Shown here piece after piece: positions 20,361 through 32,444 of a DNA stretch of 64,000 nt; position 1 is the first letter of the stretch; every line of letters starts with the position of its first letter. Under the pieces are notes generated by a model. That model was not told the origin of the DNA. It did not search any database and worked only from the letters and a program-made list of their open reading frames with translations. The position numbers and the translations under genes are program-made. Source of the DNA: Macrostomum lignano. Taxonomy: Eukaryota. Location of the stretch: the NCBI GenBank assembly GCA_002269645.1, contig NIVC01001422.1, positions 1-64,000 of the forward strand, written 5' to 3'.

Positions 20361-21451
20361 ATGGCCGACAATCGAGTCCCCGAAGACGAGGCGTCAAGCC
20401 GCCGTGCCTACGTGCCGGCCTACACAGCTTCCATGCCGGGACTGCGACGTCGGCTTCATCAACAGCGACCAGCAATCTCGCCAAAACAGCACCAACAGCC
20501 GGCTTCTTCGCCCCCGCCACCGCCGCTGCCACCACGGCTTTCAAGACGATCCGTCTCGGCTACATCCCTGTCACAATTGGTAGCGGAAGAGAGCCGAGCA
20601 ACGCTGTACGGAGCCAACATACCTGACTGTCCGGTCGGCTACGAGCGATACGTCCGCGAGAGAATGCGGCAGCACAAGCGCCTGTCGGTCCGGCGGGCCC
20701 TGCTGTTTGACGCCGTTGCTTCAGCGCAGGCTGTAGTGGAGAAGAAAGCTTCGCCTCCGACGCCGCCGCCCAGACTACGTCGAGCAGTTCAGCAGCAGGA
20801 GGCGTTGACGACCGGTCAGCTGAGGTGCGAATTCTGTCATTGCCATCGACGACAATCCGAAACGCAGACGCAGAGACGGTAGGTACGGCTTGGTCAGCTT
20901 AGGATTGCGATCAGTTGCGGAAAAATTAGAAGCGAATCTAACAAACTAATAGTTGAATCGGGCTTTGAACTTGTGTGACCATGGATGAGGTCCTGGCTTA
21001 GAGGTTACATGTAAGAAGACCATGCAGTCGAGGTGTTTTGGTGCTAAAAAACTCTGTGAAGAGCTTGGAATCTAGAAATAAATTAGTGTATATAAGACGC
21101 ACTGATACCTTTTAAGTTCATTAAAGAGTTAAAAAAGAGTTTTATAGCACAGTCAGCTTGAATGTACTGTTCGGAAACTCGAATTTTAGAAGGCCAACAA
21201 CAAGTCTACATTCGACTGTCAACCAGCAGCCGCAGCAGCATCGGCTGTACACATGGGTTCCCGGTTTTGGAAATATTTATCCTGGTCCCTCGAAGCCTTG
21301 GGAAGCTGGGATTTGCCGTCAACACCAGCTGCAGCGGCAGCAGCAGCAGCAAGTACAGAGTACCAGACAACGGATCGACGCGAATCGAGTCTATTTCAAC
21401 GAACGCCATCTGGCCAGCCGAGCTGCAGAATGGAAAGAGACTCTGGTTTAG
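20361..21451 (+). CDS. Hypothetical 2-exon protein (~259 aa), Pro/Gln/Arg-rich
   Basis: Exon 1 20361-20878 (donor CG|GTAGGT) joins exon 2 21190-21451 (acceptor TTTTAG|A) in phase 2. GC-rich coding-like composition; no domain recognised. Confidence 0.65.
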
Positions 21452-22434
21452 TAATGATGTAGCTTTAGAATAAAATATGAGAATTCTCTCTGCAGAAGCG
21501 ACGAAGTATAGTGATTTTGTTGAAAACTTTGATGTTAGCTTTACTTCATAGATGCACACGAATGCTACTAGATACATTCACAGTGAGTGAGTTTTTTATA
21601 TTGTATAGTGACAAATGCATGCTTTAAGTACACTCAGCGACGTGTTAAAATTTCCAACCCGGAACCAGTGGTCAACTTTTCTCAGATCTCAGCCCTAAGT
21701 GACGCAATGCATATCACAGCCCGCGGTTCTCATCTTAACTGGGGGTGATGCACTGGCTTAGGCTAATGAGGAGAGAGTGAAGGGTTTATGGCTAGGGTTG
21801 GATGTGAGAAATTTCGGAGATGTCAAGGCTCATAGAGAGAATCGCAGAGACGTCAATACTCACGGGGAGTTGCCAAGATATCAAAGATTATGGGGGAATT
21901 GCTGAAATGCTGTGGACCAAGGCTCATGCGGGAGTTGCTGAGATGTCAATGCTCACGGGGGATGGGGTTTGAGCTCATGAGGTATTGCTGAAATTCTGTG
22001 GCTCAAGTGGGGTATTGCTGAGAAAAATTCTCCTGGGGGTGTTCAGATGCATTGAGCCAAAGCCCATAGGGGGATCTGATATCTAAGGCTAGATAGCTGG
22101 CTTTCAGGGCGGGGCTTTCTGCTTTAATCGTCCTTGAGAAATTAACAATAGTGACTGTACAAGGTAAAAATCTAAATGTAGTTTATTAAAAATTGCTTTA
22201 TCTGTTGCCTCCCCAACGGGGGGCACAAACTGCTAGTCCTCTATACTAAAAACGATCGATTTTAGAAAAAAACGGCTCAACCGATTTTCATAAAACTTGC
22301 ACCGTTCGATCAAATTAAAAAATAGCTCGTATGAAGTTATAAATTTAGTCGCTTATATCAACAATCTGAAGGTGTCGACACTGATCCACATAGTTAAAAT
22401 ATTTTATTATCGCGCACGCCTTGAGGCCCCGCGG

Positions 22435-22510
22435 GTCACGTGACAAGCCAAACTGGCAGTTGTCTAGCCTTATTTACAAGGCTAGGTCAGATTTCTGTAG
22501 ATCACGTGAC
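22435..22510. promoter_or_regulatory. Two palindromic E-boxes (GTCACGTGAC, ATCACGTGAC) upstream of ENOSF1
   Basis: Located at 22435-22444 and 22501-22510, about 230-300 bp before the ATG. Confidence 0.35.
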
Positions 22511-22738
22511 AAACAGCCCTGGGAATGAGCCATCAGGCCTGCCTGTTTGTTAGTCGTTTTACGCTCCGTGCGTGCGTGCCTCGATCGGGTGTGTAAACTT
22601 AACTAAATGCATGCAACTTACTGATAATGCAAATGCTGACGAACAACTTTCTTTGCAGTTAAAATCACTGAGCAAAACAACCAGTTCATGTAATAAAAGA
22701 CAGTAATATACTTGCAAAAACCTGAGATAGCTTTCAGA

Positions 22739-25700
22739 ATGCATCATAATTTGCCACTTGATTGTCCAATAAGAATTGTCAGCTTGAAAGTTACCGATGT
22801 TCGATTCCCAACTTCCGAAGGATCGCACGGTTCAGACGCAATTGTGAGTTCAATATTGGGTTTTGATGAACTGGTTCCGTTTGGGATTGTATGGACTTTC
22901 GGTTGGATTTCGTGCGCGTCTCATTAATTTGGAGCTCGTGTACGAAAATTAGCCTGGTGTTTGTCGTGTGATCTATGCCTATAAGGGCCGATCTTCAAGG
23001 TACAGAGTGCGCATCCCTGTGCGAGGTCAGCGCGATGAGCATGACTACTTGCCACCTCGCTAGCTGCAAGTGGTCTGTTGCCTTGACATTTGAAACGCCC
23101 GAAATCCCCCAGAATTTTTGTCATTTACCGGTGCTTTTACTGTCTACCGGAGCTAATTACCTCGTTTGAAAGTAATCAGAAACTATCCTGCCTCGTGAGG
23201 TGCAACAAATGACCAAATTTGACTCTAACTATTATTTTTCGAACCGAACAATTGGAATCTAGCACCCAGACCCTGACTATTCGGCAGCGTATGTTGAACT
23301 GACCACAAGTGAAGCCGGGCTTAAAGGCTGCGGCTCCGCCTTCACATTAGGCCGAGGTACTGAAGTCAGTAAGTATGAGTATGCTCTTCAGCTTTTAACT
23401 AGATCGTACACTGAAAATTGGTGGATGTAAGGAGGGCCTGGGAATGAGGTGGGAGGGGCAGAAGGGCAGGGAGTTAAGTGGGTCGATGAAAGGAGGGGCA
23501 GAGGGACAGGGAGTAAAGTGGGTGGAATAGAGGGGGCAGAGGGACAGGGAGTGAGTTGGGTGGAAGGAGGGGCAGAGGGACAGGGAGTAAAGTGGGTGTG
23601 GAATAGAGAGGGTGCAGAGGGACAGGGAGTGAGGTGGGTGAATGGAGGGGCAGAGGGACAGGAAGTGAGGTGGGTGAATGGAGGGGCAGAGGGACAGGGA
23701 GTGAGATAGGTGAAATAAAGAGGCACAGAAGCGTGAACAAATCAAATACTAGTTTACGAGCCGTTTATTTGTTGCCCATGCAGTTGCGAAGAACATAGAA
23801 TCCCTCAAGCATTATGTGGAGGACAAGAAGCTGGAATCGATTGTAAACAATTTTCGCAACTTCTATCATGCATTAGTTAACGATGGCCAAATGCGCTGGG
23901 TGAGTTCTAGCATCAAAAAAATTATTTAGACAAATCTTAACTTTTCTAGAAACAGTAGTTGATAAATGAAAATTCCATTTCCAGCTAGGTCCGGAGAAGG
24001 GTGTGCTACACATGGCTTGCTCAGCTATTCTCAATGCCATCTGGGATCTGTGGGCGAAGGTTGCTGGCAAGGTAAAGATTTCTTGAGCTCTTGTCTGCCA
24101 TCCATTTTAGCTTTTGTCGATTCTTTCAGCTGCCATTTAATCAACTTCAGCCGGTTTGGAAGCTGCTGTCCGACATGAGACCGCAGCAGCTGGTAGACTT
24201 GATTGATTTCACCTACATGTGAGTCAGCTTTGGATTGTTTGTGCCTGACGATTAGACAGTCAAAGGGCCACTGTACACCCTGTGTGAGCGTGTGCATGAG
24301 TGCATGCCTGCGTACAGTATTGGTGCGCTTGTGTGCGCTCAGGAGTCAGCGGAATGGGCTGAATTGCCTCAGCGCTGGTTCTAGGACCATGTCGCCGAAG
24401 GCACTGCAACAATAAACGCATTACTTGAATATGCACAGAGTTTAATGTTGCTTCGACACAGACTTTATACTAGTCTATAGTAGTCTCTATTACTGTACAT
24501 CTGGCCTAAATGTACATCTGGCCTAAATTTACATCTGGCCTAAATGTACATCTGGCCTAAATGTACATCTGGCCTAAATGTACATCTGGCCTAAATGTAC
24601 ATCTGGCCTAAATTTACATCTGGCCTAAATGTACATCTGGCCTAAATTTACATCTGGCCTAAATGTACATCTGGCCTAAATGTACATCTGGCCTAAATGT
24701 ACATATATGTTACGTTCGGAATTTTGGAATAATTTTAGCACACAGTAAGCATTCAAGCCCGTAGTTTACTACATTTATACATTTCTATTTCAGAAGCGAC
24801 TACCTGACTCCTGATGAAGCTCTGCAGATTCTGGCCGAAGATGGAAAGGAGAATGATAGAGGTCTGCAATGTACAGCCATCATACTGTTTGCAATAGTCC
24901 CTAGAGTAGCTACCAATCCTACACAGTACACTCGATTAAGAGTGATTCTTGGTTGTCATAGCAACCGCCGTTTATGTTTCCAGAAGGCTACTTAAACGCG
25001 AATGGCTATCCGGCGTATACAACCTCTGCTGGATGGCTGGGCTATTCGGAGCAGACCATCAGAGAGGTTGGCGGTCCTGTGCCTGTCTGTGCCTTTATCG
25101 AAATCTCAAGTAATGAAAAACTCTGAAACCAAAATCTCAAGGGTGTGTGTGTGTCAGTGTGTGTGTGAGAGAGAGATTCTGACATTCTGAGATCGAAATC
25201 TCAGGGTGAGAGAGAGATTCTGAGATTCTGAGATCAGAATCTCATGATGAGACGGATTCTGTGATTCTGAGACCAAAATCTCAAGGGTGAGAGAGGGATT
25301 ATGAGATTCTAAAATCGAAATCTCAAGAGTGAGAAAGAGATTCTGAGATTCTGAGATCAAAATCTCAAGGTTGGGACAGAAATTTTGAGATCAAAATCTC
25401 AAGGGTAAGAGAGAGATTCTTAGCTTCTGAGATCAAAATCTTAAGGGTGAGACAGAGATTCTGAGATCGAAATCTCAGGGGTGAGAGAGAGAGATTCTGA
25501 GATTCTGAGATCGAAATCTCAAGAGTGAGAGAGATTCTGAGATCAAAATCTCAGGAGTGAGACAGAGCTTCTGAGATTCTGAGATCGAAATTTCAAGAGT
25601 GAGAGAGAGATTCTGAGATCAAAATCTCAGGGGTGAGAGAGAGATTTTGAGATTCTGACATTAGAATCTCAAGGGTAAGAAGTCCCTAGATTCTGAGATG

Positions 25701-28670
25701 GAAATCCCGAATCTACCTGAAAGAGGATGAAATCCATAACAAATTTCAGCAACACGCTCTCCTCAGTTCCCAGGGATTTGACAAATTCAAGGTGAAGGTT
25801 GGCCAGAATCTGGAGAGCGACAGGGCGCGCCTGCGCCTGCTGAGAGAGCTCTGCGGCCCGCAGGGAGTCCTGGTAAGTGGAGAAACTCGCTTGTGTATGA
25901 CGGGCAATTGTTGCAATCCAGCATGTGCACTGAAGGTGTCTCTATGGAAAAGTCATTGGCTCAACAATGCTTATCTATTAAGCTTTTCTTTCTGCTTATC
26001 TGACTAATACAGTTGTGAGCGCGGTGAGATCCCGCCCAAAACATGGGCTTGTCAATAGAAGTCCCATCGCATGGAGAAGAGTACAGGTAGTTGTAGAGCG
26101 TCGGACTCACGACTAGAAGGTCGGGGGTTCGATTGTCGACCCACTCGGAACAATTTGTGTCCTTTTGAGCAAGACACTTAAATCTGCATTTCTTCAGTTC
26201 ACCCAGCTGTAAAATGGGTGCCAGCATTAGCTGGGGTAATTGAGGGTGTGTGGCGACCCCCAGTCCTTGGACTGAACAGCCGTAAGCAGCCTTCATTAGG
26301 GCAGGTGTAATCAATTAATTTCCTTATTATTATAAAGCACTGGAATAGAATAATGACTATCAGGAGCGACAAAAGAAATTCAAACTCTGGATTCCTTCTT
26401 GACGTGCTATGGGATAATATTTTACTAACCAAATTGGTGAATGGGTTGCGAGGGGTCATTGATCCATGGCCATGTAGTTTTTAGTTTGTGAAGTTTCCTA
26501 CCTCTCCTCTATCCCCTTTCTCCCCTTTCCCCTCTCTCTCCACTCTCTAATCTCTCTCACCTCCCTAATCTCTCTCCCATCTCTAATCTCTCTCCCCTCT
26601 CTAATCTCTTTCACATCTTTAATCTCTCTCCCCTCTTTAATCTCTCTCCCCTCTCATATCTCTCCACTCTCTAATCTCTCTCCCATCTATAATCTCTCTC
26701 CCCTCTCTAATCTCTCTCCCATCTCTAATCTCTCTCCACTCTCTAATCTCTCTCCCCTCTCATATCTCTCCACTCTCTAATCTCTCTCCCATCTATAATC
26801 TCTCTCCCCTCTTTAATCTCTCTCCCCTCTCTAATCTCTCTCCCCTCTCTAATCTCTCTCCCATATCTAATCTCTCTCCCCTCTCTAATCTCTCTCCCCT
26901 CTCTAATCTCTCTCCTCTCTCTAATCTCTTTCCCATCTCTAATCTCTCTCCCCTCTCTAATCTCTTATCTCTAATCTTCTTAGCCGCTGAATCGAGCATC
27001 GAGCAAACAGAACCAGTCAAAAGAAAAGCACAGATTGAGTCCAACCCAACCCCCCCCCACCAACCAGATGACGGACGCCAACCAGCGCTGGTCGGTGCCG
27101 GAGGCCGTCGCCTGGATGCGCCAGCTGGCCGAGTTCCAGCCCTACTGGATCGAGGAGCCAACCAGCCCGGACGATATGCTGGGCCATCGGGCTGTACGCG
27201 ATGCCCTGCAACCGCTCGGGGTGCGCGTAGCAACCGGAGAGATGTGCCAGAACAAAGTTCTGTTCAAGCAGTTCTTCCAGGCCGCAGCGTTGGACGTCTG
27301 CCAGATTGACGCCTGCAGGCTGGCCAGCGTCAACGAAGTGCTGCCGGTGCTGCTGATGGCGGCCAAGGCTGGTGGTGAGTCTCCACCAGTAGAGACCCAA
27401 GGCATCTTCTCCTTTTTCACTTCATTTTTATTTGTCTTGTAGTGAGAGGCGCCATTTCAGTTGAGTGACGCGTCTTGTAGTTGTGGAGACGTCATTTCAT
27501 TTGAGTGACGCGTCTTGTAGTTGTGGAGACGCCATTTCAGTTGAGTGACGCGTCTTGTAGTTGTGGAGACGTCATTTCATTTGAGTGACGCGTATTGTAG
27601 TTGTGCAGACGTCATTTCAGTTGAGTGACGCGTCTTGTAGTTGTGGAGACGCCATTTCAGTTGAGTGACGCGTCTTGTAGTTGTGGAGACGTCATTTCAT
27701 TTGAGTGACGCGTCTTGTAGTTGTGGAGGTGGCGCCATTTCATTTGAGTGACGCGTCTTGTAGTTGTGGAGACGTCATTTCATTTGAGTGACGCGTCTTG
27801 TAGTTGTGGAGACGTCATTTCATTTGAGTGACGCGTCTTGTAGTTGTGGAGACGTCATTTCAGTTGAGTGACGCGTCTTGTAGTTGTGGAGACGTCATTT
27901 CAGTTGAGTGACGCGTCTTGTAGTTGTGGAGACGTCATTTCAGTTGAGTGACGCGTCTTGTAGTTGTGGAGGCGCCGTTTCATTTGAGTTCCAATTCCAT
28001 TCCAATTTGCAGTCCCAGTGTGCCCGCACGCTGGCGGCCTGGGGCTGTGCGAGTACGTGCAGCACTACATCATGTTCGACTACATCCGGGTCAGCAGGAG
28101 CCTGCAGGACAGGTTAGTTGGCTTCAAGCTGCTGTCATAATCTAGCTAGATAGACGTAACGAAAACTTACAATAGTTGCTATGCCCAATTACAGAATGTG
28201 CGAGTACTCGTCACACCTACATGAGCACTTTGTGCACCCGGTTCGAATGAAGAATGGAGCATACCTACCGCCTGAGGCGAGTGCGATGCTGGTTGGGGAA
28301 TCTATCCATTGACCCTGCATCTCACCTAGGGAATCTATAGATTGACCCTGCATCTCACCCAGAGTATCGATCCAACACCCTGAAACTCCCTTAAAGAATT
28401 TATCCACTGACCCTGCATCTCCCTAAAGAATCTATTCATTGACCCTGCAACTCTAAAGAATCTATCCATTGACTCTGCATCTCACCTAAAATATACCAGT
28501 GACCCTGCATCTCTAACCTATAGGATCCATCTAGTAACCCTGCATCTCATCTACAATGCAAATAATAACTGCATCTAGAAATTATTCAGCGTGGTATGAA
28601 ATTTCAGGACGCAGGCTTCAACACCGAAATGCTGGCCACCTCGGTTGAGCAGGCAGAATTCAAGAAGTGA
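22739..28670 (+). CDS. ENOSF1: Enolase superfamily member 1 (L-fuconate dehydratase / rTS), 12 exons
   Basis: Exons 22739-22843, 23263-23368, 23784-23899, 23985-24071, 24151-24218, 24794-24861, 24984-25066, 25750-25872, 27068-27374, 28013-28112, 28195-28276, 28608-28670, all phases consistent. Motifs [79 protein letters not shown]. Confidence 0.96.
23430..23720. repeat. Purine-rich imperfect minisatellite (ggggcagagggacagggagt...)
   Basis: Repeated units in ENOSF1 intron 2. Confidence 0.85.
24494..24705. repeat. 17-bp minisatellite (~12 copies)
   Basis: Unit tgtacatctggcctaaa. Confidence 0.95.
25130..25705. repeat. Imperfect minisatellite (gagattctgagatcaaaatctcaagggtga)
   Basis: Repeated units in ENOSF1 intron 7. 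Confidence 0.85.
26065..26335 (+). mobile_element. tRNA-derived SINE with a CORE-like central domain
   Basis: B-box GGTTCGATT at 26126. The segment tgtgtccttttgagcaagacacttaa...tcagttcacccagctgtaaaatgggt (26156-26220) resembles the MIR/CORE consensus. Ends in a (TTA)n tail. Confidence 0.65.
26510..26975. repeat. CT-rich minisatellite (ctctaatctctctccc)
   Basis: ~18-bp units in ENOSF1 intron 8. Confidence 0.9.
27455..27990. repeat. 40-bp minisatellite (~13 copies)
   Basis: Unit gtgacgcgtcttgtagttgtggagacgtcatttcagttga. Confidence 0.95.
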
Positions 28671-29319
28671 GCACTTAGTGGTGACCAGCATGACCCGGAG
28701 CGGCTACATCTGACCATTGAACATGACTCACTGACTAGTTTAATTGATATCAATACTCGTAGGACTAATTAAAACAAATAAACGGTGAAAATTGAAACTC
28801 GCTCGCAATAGAAAAATAAAATCTCTGTGAAGCAGAAAAACAGCTGAATAATAATATACTACTCAGCATACTACTGGTTCGTCTATGTACTCAAACTTTA
28901 GTTCCATGTTCCAAGCGGTCATTACCAAAGCACCTGCTACCTTAGTGGGGAGATGAAAAAACACAGGTTTTTTTTGCGATGAAAAGGCCTTTTGTCCGTC
29001 TGAAAGAGTTTGTCTGTTATTTAGGACAGGTTTTCTGTTTCAGCTAAAAGCACTCTCATTTTTTGTTCTGTACGATATTGTACAGATTATTAGCAAGACT
29101 GTCTTCATCTCTTCGTTCAAAATTGTTTTATAATAGAAACTTCTCGGCCGAAACCCGCCATAGAATAAAACTGTCTCTGCGACTGGGCGCTTGTCGAAAA
29201 GGCAGAGAAGGTGAGCTTCATCACAGAATAGGTTTTAAGCCTACTGGCAGACAACAGAAAGAAAAAGGAAATTTCCTGCCTGCTGGTCTTCACCTGTCTT
29301 CCCCGTCGCAAAAGAAGCC

Positions 29320-30678
29320 ATGGGCAACTCGAAGAGTTCACTAAAAGAGAAGAATTTTGCGGACGCGATGCGATTCGTTTCCCGGCTCGGCGAGATCAAG
29401 GAGTACGCTGAAGATGTCAATAAAGTGGAGACTACACTCGGCGAACAGAACAGATATGCCAATACAAAATTCGTCTTATTTCTAAAAAATGCCGCTGGAG
29501 AAGCAGAAAAGCTTTTGAAAAAGGTGCAGACTGCACTCGACACAGAAGGAGTTCAAGTAGCCGACCTGATGCAAGACTTTAATGGAAGAAGACCCAATTT
29601 TCAAAGGCTTGCTGACTGTCTAGAGAAAAAAACTAGACGTTGTTTCAGTCTTTATTCTGATTTGAAAGAATTAAAAGCTCAAGTTTCAAGCGCGCACGGG
29701 GAAATTCGTGCACTCTTGGAGGAGATCAACTCGGTATCCGAGGAGAGTTCCGCAGGTGGTACTGGTAGAAAAGAGCTGCTGCAAGCAATGGCAAGCATCT
29801 CTCAAATCAAGAGCAAATCGTCTAAACTGCCCAAGCTGGAACTCGGTGCGAAGAATGTCAACTTTCTTAGCAAAGGAATCGTGAGTATTTATGTCAGTCT
29901 GATGTGGCGGTACAGATGCCAACAAGAGAGGCTGGGCAATGAAAGCATTGGGAATATAAATTTCTTGCGCGATGCCTGCGCCCTTGCGACGCTAACATCG
30001 GCGGATCAGGCTGAGCTGGACAGACGATCCGCCATCATCAGGGACAAGTGCTTCCGGATTGCTAAATTGCTGCGGAAATTTGAGAGTATTGCCGATGATG
30101 CCAACGTGCTAAAAGTCTTCGCCAAGCGCTTGGCCTCGGCTGCTCCGTCAGAGAAGCTCATCGAAAAGGTGAAAAAAGAGTTGGAAATATTCCAAAAGAA
30201 GTCCAGTGAGTACAGGAAAAAACAGAACCAGAGTTCGAAGAGAGCCCTCAGCAATTCTCTAAAAAAGCTCACTGAGAGAATCGATTGCTTCCAAACAGAG
30301 CACAGCAATTTTCTAGCGAAGGCTAAGGCGTTGATGGACCACATTGGATTTGTTTGCAAGACGAATGAAGATCTAGTAAATCGCATCGAGGAGCAAATTC
30401 GAGAATTACCCACAAACGATGGTGAGCAGAGAGGCTTCCGAATCGGTATGAATTTTATTAACTACCAGCCTGCAAGTGACTTCCAAAAGCAGTTGAAGAC
30501 TCTAAAGAAGCAAAAAACGGATTGGGAGGAAGCCAGAGACCTGTTCGAGAACTGCAAGAGTTCTATTGCACAGCTGATGGCAACTTCTCAGGGCACGTGC
30601 GATGAAGCTATGAAAGTTTTGAACGACTACAAACGTTTGCTCGAAGTGTCTGATGAAGATCGCGAAATCTCCGTGTAA
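29320..30678 (+). CDS. Intronless 452-aa alpha-helical/coiled-coil protein of unknown function with an N-terminal MGxxxS motif
   Basis: Long non-repetitive ORF, ATG in good context (gccATGG), Lys/Glu/Leu-rich heptad-like pattern; begins MGNSKS. Confidence 0.8.
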   Translation: MGNSKSSLKEKNFADAMRFVSRLGEIKEYAEDVNKVETTLGEQNRYANTKFVLFLKNAAGEAEKLLKKVQTALDTEGVQVADLMQDFNGRRPNFQRLADCLEKKTRRCFSLYSDLKELKAQVSSAHGEIRALLEEINSVSEESSAGGTGRKELLQAMASISQIKSKSSKLPKLELGAKNVNFLSKGIVSIYVSLMWRYRCQQERLGNESIGNINFLRDACALATLTSADQAELDRRSAIIRDKCFRIAKLLRKFESIADDANVLKVFAKRLASAAPSEKLIEKVKKELEIFQKKSSEYRKKQNQSSKRALSNSLKKLTERIDCFQTEHSNFLAKAKALMDHIGFVCKTNEDLVNRIEEQIRELPTNDGEQRGFRIGMNFINYQPASDFQKQLKTLKKQKTDWEEARDLFENCKSSIAQLMATSQGTCDEAMKVLNDYKRLLEVSDEDREISV

Positions 30679-31684
30679 AAAGGATGGAAACTTTGATGGA
30701 ATTTGGCATCAGCTATGCTTCGCTTCGGTTTTGACACAAGCTGTATACATGTTTATCTGATTTTAAATATTAAGCTCGCTGATTATTTTCTTGCTATAAT
30801 TGCTTCCACTCAGAAGTTTTCAAGAAAAATCCACAGTTGTAGCTCCTAACCTCTTATTAATTATTGATCGTGTTGATCGTAGCGCGGAAAGATTCGGCAC
30901 CTAATTAAGACGCAAGTTCGAGTTTATTCTAACGCTTTCTACGAGTAATTAAAGTGAATTTTAATAATTTTTCTACATTTTTTCGTTACTGCTTTTTCCA
31001 TTCATTCAGGAACAGTGTTTATCAGTCTGGTGGTAAAAATTATATACTCAGCAACATTGAAAAATCGCCACTCTATGTGCCAGTGGATCAATTTCTCTTG
31101 GACTACTTCAAATATTATGAACTAAAAGATACGAGAAAACTGATCGGGGTAGCTTTAATCCGTCCAACCCTCGCACATCCCCCACTTCATTCCTCAACTC
31201 AAGTCTGCCGCTTGGCGTAGCGAAGCTGCGTCACTCGCAAAAGATTGAGAGGACTTACTACCTGCACTCTCAAAAGTGGCGACCACAGCCGGAATCTTCT
31301 GTGATGGCGACTTTTCAATGTTGCTGAGTACAGTTTGTATAAGTTTAAGTTTATATTAGATTGGTTTTTTACTCGCATCACTTTTTATTCAAGCGAACTT
31401 GTATATATAAAGTTTAACAAACTGACTGTATCTGATCACATATTTTCATACTCTCCCTGTAAAATACGATAAAGATTTCATATTCATTGTGCTAAGAAAT
31501 GAGAATGTAGGAGATTTTTTACGTTGTCAGCTTGGATTGAATATAAAAAAATGTACGTACATAATACGATTTCCAAGACATCGTTTCCATTTTCGCGATT
31601 TTATGATCAGTAATCTACGCAAAAATGGCCTCAGTCTGAGAGCTTGAACGAGAAGGACGTTTTAACCCAGTTGGTGTTGGTAAG

Positions 31685-32239
31685 CAGTGGTGTGATTGGA
31701 AAGTTTGCCAAATTTCGCGCCGACTGGAAATTTTCGCGCCATGCCAATAACATTCTACTGACAGCCAAATAAGTCAATTGATGACACTTTTGAAGATGCG
31801 TCTGGCTACCAATTAGCATGTCTCTCAAGTCCCAGCCGTGTCCCGCCTGAACTTCTTGTTGGCGATGTCTGCAGGCAGACGACTGCTCCTGCTGGTGATT
31901 GACGACGTTGACAGCAGCTCAGCAGCCTTGCGCTTCAAGACGAGCTCAGCTAGCTTCTCTGCCTCCTTCTGCTTCTTCTTCTGCACATTATGCTGCTGAC
32001 GCCTCAGTTCTTCAATCTCGGCGTCCTTGCTCTTGGTGGCCGCCGTCAACTCGTGAAGCAGCAGTTAGATTAATCTCCTAAGCTATGACATTCTTGTATT
32101 TTATACTGTCTGACAAGAGAATAAGTGTAAAAAGCAGAAAATAAGAATGCAATTTTCGCGCCCATGGTTCCACAAAATTTCGCGCCAGACCCCAGGATTC
32201 GCGCATTCGCGCCATTTTCGCGCCTGAATCACACCACTG
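31685..32239. mobile_element. hAT-type non-autonomous element (555 bp)
   Basis: TIR CAGTGGTGTGATT / AATCACACCACTG; perfect 8-bp TSD TTGGTAAG (31677-31684, 32240-32247); subterminal TTTCGCGCC repeats. Confidence 0.88.
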
Positions 32240-32444
32240 TTGGTAAGCAGGTCTTTATAGAGTAAAACTTAGCAATCTTCGACATATTGTTGGGAGGCAA
32301 CAAAGGAGAACTATTTTTTGAATATGCAATACACGTATAAAGCATTGTACTCGTAGCTTTCTTTATTTCAATATTTCAGAACATGAGCCCTGAAGGCTTG
32401 CATATCTTGCATAAGATATCAGCATCTCTTGATTCCAATTGGCA

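Noticed and set aside
22240-22500. Non-autonomous Helitron (tcctctatacta...aaacggctcaaccgatttt...ctag)
   Set aside because: Only motif-level resemblance; the 3' hairpin and A|T target could not be fixed.
17975-26145. Functional tRNA genes at about 17975-18413 and 26075-26145
   Set aside because: They have A/B boxes but no convincing cloverleaf; one is interrupted and the other continues into a SINE body.
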